Assembly (NCBI RefSeq): GCF_018350175.1
Contig: NC_058383.1
Span: 24,616,001 to 24,680,000 of the forward strand
Direction of reading: 5' to 3'
DNA length: 64,000 nt
Origin: Felis catus
Lineage: Eukaryota
Shown here: positions 14,401 through 26,100 of the stretch, piece by piece
Numbering within the stretch: the stretch's first letter is position 1
Layout of the letters: every line of letters begins with the position of its first letter
Translations under genes and position numbers: made by a program
The notes under the pieces: generated by a model
Database searches by the model: none
What the model was told of the DNA's origin: nothing
Seen by the model: only the letters and a program-made list of their open reading frames with translations

Positions 14401-17400
14401 CATCTTCACAGGTGAGCACTGCCAAAGTAGAAGAGAGACAAAGAGGTCCAGGCTTAGGTGGGTACAGTGAGGCACTTGTTCAGGTGCAGAATTCAGGAGG
14501 TCACTACATAAGGACAGCATCTGCACCTCTTCTTGTAGAGCTTTACCTTGCTTGCCTCAGCCTAAACCCAGCCCTCGGAGATTCTGTCTTTCTTTAAGAT
14601 CTTGATATCTTGTTCATCATGGATGAACCCTGAATGCATTATTTCACCCCTTGGAGCCTCAGTTTGATCTGAGGGGGGATAATAGTTTTCACATCATAGG
14701 GCTATTACAAAGGTTAAATGGGCTAACACAAGTGCAGCTCATAGCAAAATACCTGGCATATGAATTAGTAATTAATTTGTGCTTGGAGCCACTTGAAAAA
14801 CCATCTAAAATGAGAGCTATATAAATGGATGGATTTTCAGCACCAATAAAGAACTGAGCTAATTGAGGTTCGCAGTAGGTTGACCTGCCACTGAGTACAG
14901 CAAACCCACTAGCACTACGACACAAGGATGGGGGAGAACAGCAGAGGTGGCCTCCCTCGTTCTGTTCCTGGGGGTCCCTGGCTCTTAGAGAGGTTTTGAA
15001 AATTGGATTCTGTCCAGGCAAGGGTGAGCAAACCATGTTGTTAGAGGAGCAGCAAGGCAGTCTAGACCAGAAAAGAGAATGATGGTGCCAGTTAACATTC
15101 CTTGAGCCCTTCCATATGATGGTGCTGTGTGTGAGGAAAGTACTGTTACCATTTCCATGTTACACACAAAGAAACCACGATGCAGAGAGACCAGGAGACT
15201 TGCCAAAATCACACATGCAGGCTCGTGACTAGCCAGTGTGAACAGTCAGGCCAAAACTGAAACCCTGTTCTGCATGATTCCAGGACCTGTGCTCCTAATC
15301 AGGCTAGCATGCTGTGCTTCTCCCACATGCTTGTGGTAGCAGGATTATGAAACCTTCCTCAGATATGCATCTGAGCTGCCTTAGAAGGTAGAATCAGGGC
15401 CAGTAGGTGAAAAATGGCACAAATGTCCTGAGAGGGAGTGAGCCCTCCACCATTAGAGGAACTCAAACGGAGGTCAGAAAACTACTTGACAGGAATGCTC
15501 TAGAAGGCATTGACTCTTGGAAAAAATGACCTTGAAAGTTTCTTCTACCCTAGGTATCTCATGTATGCTTCCTTCACAGACTGAAAAAAAAAAAAAAAAA
15601 GTAGGAGTTTGTTTTTTTTTCTAACTTGCTTCTGTTTTATCTCTCCCTCCCCCAACACTGAAATGTAGGTTCAAGAGCACAGGAGGAAACTGTACCTTTT
15701 AAAAAAAATTTTAAGTTTACCATTTTATGTCTAGTGCCTAGCACCTGTACTTGATAATTTACAGTACATAGTATGAATTCAGTAACTAAGTATTGAAAGA
15801 TCAAAGAGAGAGACTCCAGCCAACAAATACATACCCAGGACCATGTTAAAATCATTAGTATTTTCTGCATATATCATAGGTTGGAGAATGGTTTCAACTC
15901 TTGCCAACCATGCCATTCTCAGTGATGATAGAGCTGACGCTGCCACCCCCCCCCCCACTTCTTGCTAGGTGGCAGTTATGCAAGTAGAACTGACTGCTCT
16001 CCAGCCTCAGCTCATCCATACCTCCGAGGAGACCGCCAAGATGATGGTGAAAATTGAAGAGGAGACAAAAGAGGCTGATGCCAAGAAACTTCTGGTGCAG
16101 GCGGATGAAAAAGAAGCCAACGCGGCTGCTGCCATTGCTCAAGGAATCAAGGTATAAAAAGCCAAAGAGGAAAGGGAGGGAACCAGCATTTTCTGGGTTC
16201 ATCCATGATCTCACAAGAGCCTAACAAAGTCCTGCACAGTGTATGTGGTCGGACCCATCCTGCAGGGAAAAGTGGGGTCTGAAGAAGACAACTGACTTTC
16301 ATACATCACACAGCTAGTAAATGGTGAAGCAAGTCTTTGTGACACCTGGCTCTCTCCAGGAAGCATTACTGTTTTCGGAATATTCTCCATCTCACTCAGA
16401 GTCAAGACCTACAAGACCCAACATGATCTAACCTCATCTCATTACCTTCCCTTCATTCACTCTGCTCTGGCCACTCTGGCGTCCTAACTATTCCTCGGAT
16501 AAGTGCAAAGACACACTCCCACCCCAGGGCCCTTGCACTGGATGTCCCCCTGCCTGTCTCCTCCACCTCCATCATCTTTTGCTCAGATGTGCCTGGTATG
16601 TTACAGGGGTGGAATAAATCATTGTCAAATAACAGAATGTTGAACCTAGAAGATGCCACTTGAAGGTGATTCTTGTATCAAAGAATAGCCCTGGGCAGGG
16701 CTTCACCTACATTCTGATATTAGAAGAAAATCTGATTAACATTCATGTGATGCTATATATTTCTCAGCCCTTTCAATTGCACAATGCCATTTGAGTGTCA
16801 CAACTGCCTTGGACTTGGGAATGACAGGTATCAGTATCTGAGAGTTAATGACATTGAAGTTCAGTGGTGAAGTGATTTCTCAGAGTTGCACAGCTAGTTA
16901 GTGGGTTTAGCGCTGTTGGCACTTAGCTCAAGATAATTGTCCCTATTCAGAATTAGAAAATCCTTTTGACCATTCTTCGTAAAAGAGCTTGAATAGGAAG
17001 TAGCTTATGTCTGGATTCTAGGTTAAATACATCATGGGGCACCTTCTTGAAAAGGACAGGTGTTATAGACTGGCTTTTCTCCAGTGAGTCCTGAGACCTG
17101 GCCTCTCATAGGTTCCTTTAGATCCAATCCCTGATCTCAGAGTCACACAGTGAAGGCCCTGGGTGAGAGAGGTGTGCTCATTCATGTCCCAGTGGCATAG
17201 ACAAGAGGCCACTGGAACCATAGAAGATGGTGACCACCAGGAACCATAATCCAGCAGGTGTTTTGCCATTCTGTGACAAGATGATAGTAATAGCTACTAC
17301 TCTTAAGCACCACGGTGGTTTCTTGTAGTCCTTCATTTAACAAATACTTACTGAACACTTGCTGTGTGCTAGTGCCTTTCCAGGCAGTGGGGGGTGAAGA

Positions 17401-20400
17401 GTGAACAAGACAGACAAAATCCCTTCCCTCATGGAGACTGTATTCTCTCATACTTGATATACCATTGCCTTTTATCATTGCAGCAGCCCTGCAAGGCAAA
17501 TGATACCATTCCCAGCTTACATATAAGGAAATTATGGTACTGGAACTTAAATGATTTGTCCAAGGTCATGTGGCTACCAAGTGACTGAATTTGGGAGTGT
17601 ATATTTACCCTGTGACACACACAGTATTTTTTTTAAGTCTGAAGCAATCTTCAACTTTTAAAAATTAGGAGATTTCAAGTAAAAATTGTGAATGTTCAGT
17701 TTTTCTTGGGGAAAAAAATCAAGCATTCTGGCAACATTGGACCTGAATTTCTGGGTTACACCCATCAGCAGTATTGAATAGATGATGCCCCATGTGTCTT
17801 CCAGTTCCCCAAAGCCCCACCCAGCCCACTTCCCACAGTCACATCATGGGCCTGGCCCCTGTAGGCACAGGAATTTGCAGTTCCTCCATGGTTTAATATC
17901 ATAATTGGGCACATCAGGCTCAGTATTTTTTCTGTCCCTTTTCTAACCTCAGTTTTCTTGCCTATTAAGTGAGGATGCTAAGAGAAAAACAGGTAAATTT
18001 TGTAGCACATGTCCAGCACACAGAGTTTAGTGGTGCATATTCTCCAAAACTGTTCTTTACCTTGTACCAAGTGGATTTACCTATTTTTTTTTTAATTTTT
18101 TTTTCAACGTTTATTTATTTTTTTGGGGACAGAGAGAGACAGAGCATGAACGGGGGAGGGGCAGAGAGAGAGGGAGACACAGAATCGGAAACAGGCTCCA
18201 GGCTCTGAGCCATCAGCCCAGAGCCCGACGCGGGGCTCGACCTCCCGGACCGCGAAATCGTGACCTGGCTGAAGTCGGACGCTTAACCGACTGTGCCACC
18301 CAGGTGCCCCATGGATTTACCTATTTAATAAAGGACAGCCTCTTTCCAAATATGGGTACCATCACTGGATTCTACTCCACAATGTCAGGGGAAAACAGGG
18401 ACTTGCTGGAGCAGGAGGGAGGGAGGTGACATGGAGACGGCCCACCACACCCATTCCTGGGCAGTAAACTGCTACTTTGGGTTTCAGTGTCAAGGGTAAA
18501 GTCTGATGTTTTGTCATGTCATCCCTGAGTGTCGGAAATGACACCCTGGAGGTGAGTCAGGAGGTGTACCCAGGAAGGAGGAAGATGCTGTGCTTGCTCT
18601 GAGTTTTCCTGAGGACCAGAACCCCTCCTTGAACTTCTCAGAGCTACAGTCCCTCTCTATACAAGGATTATAATTTCCTCCTATCTCCTCCCACCCCTAG
18701 AAAGGAGGTAACCTGGGAAAGCCCCCAGTGTGGTGGCCCCTGCAGCAGAGAGGCTCAGCCATGCAAGTGGAATCTATCCAGGGACAGTGAGGAGACTGGC
18801 AGAGAAAGAGGCCCAAATACTTGCTTCCCAAGAACAATAGTTCACTTACAGCAGTCATTTCTTTTAAGTGAATGAATCATTTCTTTTCCCCCTAATGAGG
18901 ATAATAACTGATTCCAGAATTGCTGCAGAGTTGATTGTGTTTCTTGAGAGTGTACCGTGCTTTATACCTTTCAAAGGGCCCTGCTGCTCCTTGAATTGCT
19001 AAGCAACTGGGGTCATTTTTAATCAATGTTTTTTATCATAGAAACAAATGATGTAACAGTAATAACACGTATGAAAGATTATTTAAGAACTCAGCTTTAA
19101 CATCTTTTTGATTTCCCAAGTTTCCTTCTAGCCCCTGTCTATACACATGGATAGTTTTATATTATTGCAGTCATAACATAATTGCAATTTGCATCATGCT
19201 TATTTATTTCCTTAACATCCTATCACACCTGTTTTTTCAAAATGTCATATAATCATTTCAGTGACCATTTTAAGTAAGTTCTCTCATCAAGTAGCCATTC
19301 CCCCATTGGACACCAAAGTCTGTTCCTTCCTGCCATGGTTTCGGTTTCGAGAGTGTAAGCTGGAGTCTCTCAACAGAGCTGTGTGTCAGAATCACCTCTG
19401 GAGTTTTAAAAAGGCGGTGCCGAGGCCTCGCCCAGATTGAATGAATCAGAATCTCGGGGCGTGGGGCCTGACCCTGAGGATGGCCTTAAATGTTCTTCAG
19501 TGACTCTGAGGCGGAACCAGCGTTGAGAATCACTGTACACACAGTCTTATAATTAGAGCCTTTTTGCATCACTTGACAAACAAGCTTGCTGGTACCCAGG
19601 CCTTGCTCTTTAGGAAAGGGAGCAGAGCTCCTGGGCCACTGGAGGACAAGAAGCATGTGCGGGCCACTGGTTGTCTGGCACATGATAAGAAAGGAACATG
19701 AACTATTGGTGGCACCTGTGGGAACCTGGGATTATTGAAATTCCACCAAGAATCCAAAGCTGTGGCTGAGCCAACACCTTTGTTCTCCTCTGCCACCAAC
19801 TTTATCTGAAGCTGACCATGAGAAACAGCAGGCTTTGGTTTCAGTTCTTTTCCTCTTGCATTGCACTCTGGCACTTATCCTAGGACTGAAGAGGGAGCAA
19901 ACTGAGTTACCCCTGGGACTGGGCCATTTTTGCCATCTGAAGCGGAGCATTTCATTTTGATATTGGGAACATCTGACGTGGTTCATGGAGGGCATGGGTG
20001 TTGTTTTAGTGTAATAAAGCCAAACAAAGCATTGATGCAAGTTTATTTAAAAATCAGAAAACCTAAAATAAAGAATCCATGATATACACACAAGAAGATA
20101 CATACAAGTGCATGCAAGAAGGTGATGCCACCTTTATTTTGTTTGCCTACAATACACCTGTGGGATATGGACTTCAACACATGCCGCTTTGCCTGAGAAT
20201 TGTTGTTCTCTTGTGAAGCTTCATTTCAGCTGTGGCTGTGTGACCATTTGTAGGGCAGGGCAACCAACAGAGTATTCACAGAGTGTGAACCAGGCTCCCA
20301 AAGTTGGAGCTTCATGACCGGGGCTAACTCATTTTGCCTACTGAGACCTTGTTTTTATTTTTGTTTATTTGGTAATTGGATTACTAAATACCCTATAAGG

Positions 20401-23051
20401 TCCCTTCCAGTTCTAAAATCTTACAATGCTAAGCTTTCTTTAAAAAAAAATTGAGGGGCGCCTGGGTGGCTCGTTCAGTTAAGCGTCGGACTTCAGCTCA
20501 CATCATGATCTCATGGTTTGTGGGTTGGAGCCCTGTATCAGGCTCTGTGCTGACGGCTCAAAAATAAATAAACATTAAAAAAATTTTTTAATTGAGATTT
20601 AATTCACATACCATTAATAGCTACCTTTTTAAAATTTATTTTGAAAGATAGAGACAGAGAGGGTGGGGAAGGGCAGAGAGAGAGGGAGAGAGAAAATTCC
20701 AAGCAGGCTCTGCACTGTCATCACAGAGCCTGATGTGGGGCCTGAACTCATGAACCATGAAATTATGACTTGAGCTGAAACCAAGAGTTGGATGCTTAAC
20801 TGACTAAGCCACCCAGGTGCCCTCCACCTTTTTAAGTTATGCAATTCAGAGGTGTTTAGTACAGTCACAGAGGTATACACTTATCACCATTAATTCTAGA
20901 ACATTTTTGTCACCCCACAAGAAACCTAAACCCGTTAGCAGTCACTCGTCATTCCTCTCTCTCCCCCAGCCCTTGACAACCACTAACTCACTTTCTGCCT
21001 CTATGGATTTTCCTTTTCTGCACATTTCATGTAAATGGAGCCATATAGCAGGTGGCATTTTGTGTCTGGTTTCTTTCACTTAGCATGTTTTCCATGTTGT
21101 CACATGAATCAATACTTCATTCCTTTTTATGACTGAATAATATTTCATTGGATTAATCTCCGTTCCCATTCTTCATCCTTAAACTATTGCCTTAAACTCC
21201 ACCCTATCCCCAAGCTTCACCTTATCCCTGACTCTACTCCTGCCTCATCTCTGAGCTACAGTACATTCCGGACCTCACCCCATCCCTGACCCTCCCCCAC
21301 CCCTCCTGCCTATTTTTCCCCCAAGCTTGCCCTAATCCCCTTCCCAGCTGTCACTCAACCCCTGGGCCTCATCCTTTACTCCATTTCTCAACCCATCCTT
21401 GATCAGTGGGTGTGAAGTTACCCACTGCATATATCTCTTGGGAACTTGTTTAGAATCCAAAGCTTAATTTTTTTTTTTTTAGACCACAAATCAGGTGAAT
21501 TCTCAAATGTCCAAGGTATCAAAACCACAGCCCTGAAAAGCCATGGATGCCTGCCTGCTGCCACTCAGTAGTTAGAGCCACCCTCCTGTGCAGAACTCCA
21601 GGAGGGGGCACCATCCTGGAAGGACATGGAGGGGCAGGAAGAGCCTCTTCCAGCTTCCTCCAAGAGGTGAGCGCCTGGTGTGCCAGGCACTCATCCTTCT
21701 CTGTCCCTGTGCTGCCCACAGAATGAATGTGAGGGGGACCTGGCAGAGGCCATGCCGGCACTGGAGGCTGCACTTGCTGCCCTGGATACCCTGAACCCAG
21801 CAGACATCTCACTGGTGAAGTCCATGCAGAACCCGCCCGGCCCTGTCAAGCTGGTCATGGAGAGCATCTGCGTCATGAAAGGGCTAAAGCCAGAGAGGAA
21901 GCCGGACTCCAGTGGCAGCGGTAAACCCCTTCAGCTCCCATCCCTCCCAGCAGCCTTCACAGGCTGTTTTCCCTGGCAGGAGGGGTACCACGCCCCCACC
22001 CACCGCCCCAGGCCTGCAAGCAGGGTCTGGAGTCCCAGAAGAGATCAGAAAGGTGCCAGGAGGTGCATACTCATCCACACAGCTCTCTCCTTTCTCACTT
22101 CTCTCAATCAGTAGGGAAAAGGCAGGCGTCTTTAGGCAAAGCTGAGCTTAGTCAAGGCCCCTGACTGAAAATCATTACAAAAATGAAGGCTGCAGAGACA
22201 AAAGGCTGACACAGAGTAGTGTGTGGTTGTGAGGGTGAGAAACAGAAAGAGCTAGAGAAAGAGAGAAACTGAGAGAAAACCAGAGAAGGAAACGCAGAGA
22301 ATGAGACCGAGATACAGGGAGATGGAAAGAGATAGGCACCTGGACTCACACGCACATGCTCAGGCATGCATATGTGCACAAAGAGATAATGAACTGGGCG
22401 AGATGTGAGGAGGGAGGAAGGCAGAGGGAACAGAAGAAGAGCTAGAAACAGTTAAAGGCAGAGAGAAAGGGGCAAAGGGAAGAAGACAAGGAATCAGAGA
22501 CTTGGGCATAAGGGAGGAAAGAAAGCTCCTCATATAATTAAACCTAGAAGCATTAGTAGGTGAGTATTTGTCCTCCTTAAAATCCAAATTACATGTAGAA
22601 CTTTGTATTATTAATAACAGTGGTGTCTTAGAGCTAAACAAGGACTTTAAGAACCCATCTCAGTAATTTCTCTGCCTTTTGAATCCTCCTGTCCTGGGAA
22701 CAGCCCTGATCTTCCTCCATTCCTTCTGAAAGGTTCTAAATCCCTGATCCCTCGTTCAGGAGCCTCTGGCTTCTGCTTCCCACTGACTAACATTTCTTCT
22801 TCCCTGATTGGTGGCAGGCCAAAAACCACATGAAGAAGATAGAGGTGATCAGGAATGGACAGGCAGGAAGTGGACTTCACAGGAGAATCCCTTAGGGAAA
22901 CAGCTGAGGTGTAATAAGTTGACTGAGTAAGAATGAGCTAGTCCAGCACCTCTCCACCCTGTCTGCACCCTAGAACCACCTAGGGAGTGTAAAGAATGCT
23001 GAAGCCCGTTCCTAGAGATTCTTACTCCACTGGTCTTGGGTACAGACTGAG

Positions 23052-23101
<50 letters not shown>

Positions 23102-26100
23102 TCAGCTTCCAGGTGATCTAAGGTGCAGCCAGGGTGGAGAACTGCCAAGATAACGCAAAGTATGGCCAAAGTCACGAAAGTTCATTCTCTTCTTGGATCA
23201 CTTGATCAGCACAGAACCCACCATTCTCCTTTCTTTTTTTTTTTAAATTGAAGTCAATTGTGTGTATTATTCATTTATCCCACACAACTTTAGCCAGAAC
23301 ATTAAGACGGAGCATAAGACCATTTAATTCATTTTGGGTACCTTGAATTTAAATGAACCAGATCATTTTCCTGAATGCAGACAAAAACTTTCATGAGAAA
23401 TACTTGTTTGGTTACTGTGCTTGCATTAGAAACAGGACACATCTGACCTATTGTACTTAATATGATTTCTCAAGTATAACTTTTTTTGATTAACCTGAGG
23501 TTGGCAGGTGTTTACAATGCTGTGAGCCAAAAGGGCTTCTAACTCATTTCCAGCATGTCAACAAAAGGGATGCAGCCCCAGGTGGGATCAAGACTCGCTC
23601 AGTCATTGGCAGGATGGGTGCTGAGGAGAATAAGGGCCCTGCTTTGTTTCTGGACAGGGCAAGGATGGCCTTTTCTATAGTTACATGCTGCTTCCCCACC
23701 CTTGCTCTTTCTCTTGAGACTCACTCACAGGGACTGATTGGGTACCATCTAGCCCACCTCCCAGTCTTCAAAAGGAGTATTCAGAGGCACCTGGGTGGTT
23801 CAGTCAGTTAAGCATCTGACTTCAGCTTAGGTCATGGCCTTATGGTTTGTGAGTCTGAGCCCCACATTGGGAGCCCCACAGCATGGAGCCCGTTTCAGAT
23901 CCTCTGTCTCCCTCTTTCTGCCCCTCCCCCACTCTGTCACTCTCTGTCTTTCAAAAATAAATAAAACATTAAAATTACAGGTTGGATAAATGATGTAAAG
24001 GGAATCGACATTCCAGCAGCTGAGATGAAAGAAAATGCTGGGGGAGGGATAGAGTAGCCCAGTGTAGTGATAGAAATCTGGGGAAAGCTCTCAGCAGAAG
24101 TAACTTTAAAAAAAATTGTTTTTAATGTTTATTTTTGAGGGAGAGAGAGACAGAGTGCAAACAGGGGAGGGGCAGAGAGAGAGGGAGACACAGAATCCGA
24201 AGTAGGCTCTATGCTCTGAGCTGTCAGCACAGAGCCTGATGCGAGTCTCGAACTCATGAAACGTGAGATATGGCCTTAGCAGAAGTCTGACATTTAACCC
24301 ATTGAGCCACCCAGGTGCCCCTCAGCGGAGGTGACAATTGAACTGAAGTCTGGTTGAGAGCCAGCAGATGCTATTTACAGTCTAGGTCAAGGGCTTATGG
24401 TAGGGAAGCACTTAAGATCTTTGAGGAGTTGAAGAAGGTTCTGCCTGACTAAAGTCCAAGGAGCAAGGCCTCAAAGATGAGGTAGATGAGTTCAGTGGGC
24501 CTCCTGGACCATGGTAAGAAACTTAGATTTTTCTTTTTTTTTTTTAATTTAGATTTTATATTTTTAGAGCAATTTTAAGGTCACAGCAAAATTGAGAGAA
24601 GGGTACAGAGATTTCTCATATACCCCTAACCCACACACATGCATAGCATCCCCTGTTGTTGTAACAGAGTGGTACATTTGTTAAAATTGATGAACCTATT
24701 TTGACACATCATTAACACCCTGAGTCCATAGTTTATATTAGAGTTCACACTTGGTATTGTACATTTTATGGATTTGGACAAATATATAATGACATATATC
24801 CATCATTATGGTTATTAAACAGAGTATTTTCCTGCACTAAAAATGTTTGGTAGGACCTTGGATTTTTTTCCCCAAATATGAGTAGCCATTGCAAATCTTG
24901 AAGTCTCAGCCAGAATGTCTTTTTTTTTTTTTAATTTTTTTTTCAATGTTTGTTTATTTTTGGGACAGAGAGAGACAGAGCATGAGCGGGGGAGGGGCAG
25001 AGAGAGAGGGAGACACAGAATCGGAAACAGGCTCCAGGCTCTGAGCCATCAGCCCAGAGCCCGACGCGGGGCTTGAACTCACGGACCGCAAGATCGTGAC
25101 CTGGCTGAAGTCGGACGCTTAACTGACTGCGCCACCCAGGCGCCCCTCAGCCAGAATGTCTTAATAATAGTCCAATATCCATTTCTTGTTCCAAATAGGT
25201 AAAATGATAGAGGATTACTGGGGAGTTTCAAGAAAGATTCTTGGAGATCTGAAATTCTTGGAGAGTCTTAAGACATATGACAAAGACAACATCCCTCCAA
25301 CGATCATGAAGCGGATCCGGGAAAGGTTCATCGATCACCCAGATTTCCAGCCAGCTGTCATTAAAAATGTGTCATCTGCCTGCGAAGGTCTGTGCAAGTG
25401 GGTGAGGGCCATGGAGGTGTATGATCGCGTGGCCAAAGTGGTGGCTCCCAAACGGGAGCGGCTGAGAGAGGCCGAGGGGAAGCTGGACACACAGATGCAG
25501 AAACTGAACCAGAAGCGAGCAGAACTGAAGCTGGTGGAAGACCGCCTCCAGGCCCTGAATCTTGACTTTGAGGAGATGAACACCAAGAAAAGGACCTTGG
25601 AGGAAAACATTGAGATCTGCTCCCAGAAACTGATCAGAGCAGAAAAGCTGATCAGTGGTCTTGGGGGAGAGAAGGACAGATGGACAGAAGCCACCCGGCA
25701 GCTGGGGATCCGTTATACCAATCTAACAGGGGATGTGCTATTGTCCTCAGGGACTGTGGCTTACCTGGGGGCCTTTACAGTGGATTATCGGGCAAGGTGT
25801 CAGAAGCAGTGGTTGGCCCAGTGTAAGGACAAGGTCATCCCTGGCTCTAGTGACTTCAGTCTCAGCAACACATTAGGAGATCCTGTAAAAATCCGGGCCT
25901 GGCAGATTGCTGGGCTGCCCATTGACTCCTTCTCCATTGACAATGGCATCATTGTGTCCAATTCCAGACGCTGGGCCTTAATGATTGACCCTCAGGGGCA
26001 GGCCAATAAGTGGATCAAGAATATGGAGAAAGCAAATAAGCTCTCCGTCATCAAATTCTCAGATGCCAGCTATGTGAGGACGTTGGAAAACGCCCTGCAG

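Noticed and set aside
18240..18310. tRNA-like A/B box sequences
   Set aside because: These are SINE heads followed by SINE body and tail, not tRNA genes.
22190..22530. Purine-rich tract (and pyrimidine-rich tract 2770-2895)
   Set aside because: Ordinary low-complexity sequence without a defined unit or other support.
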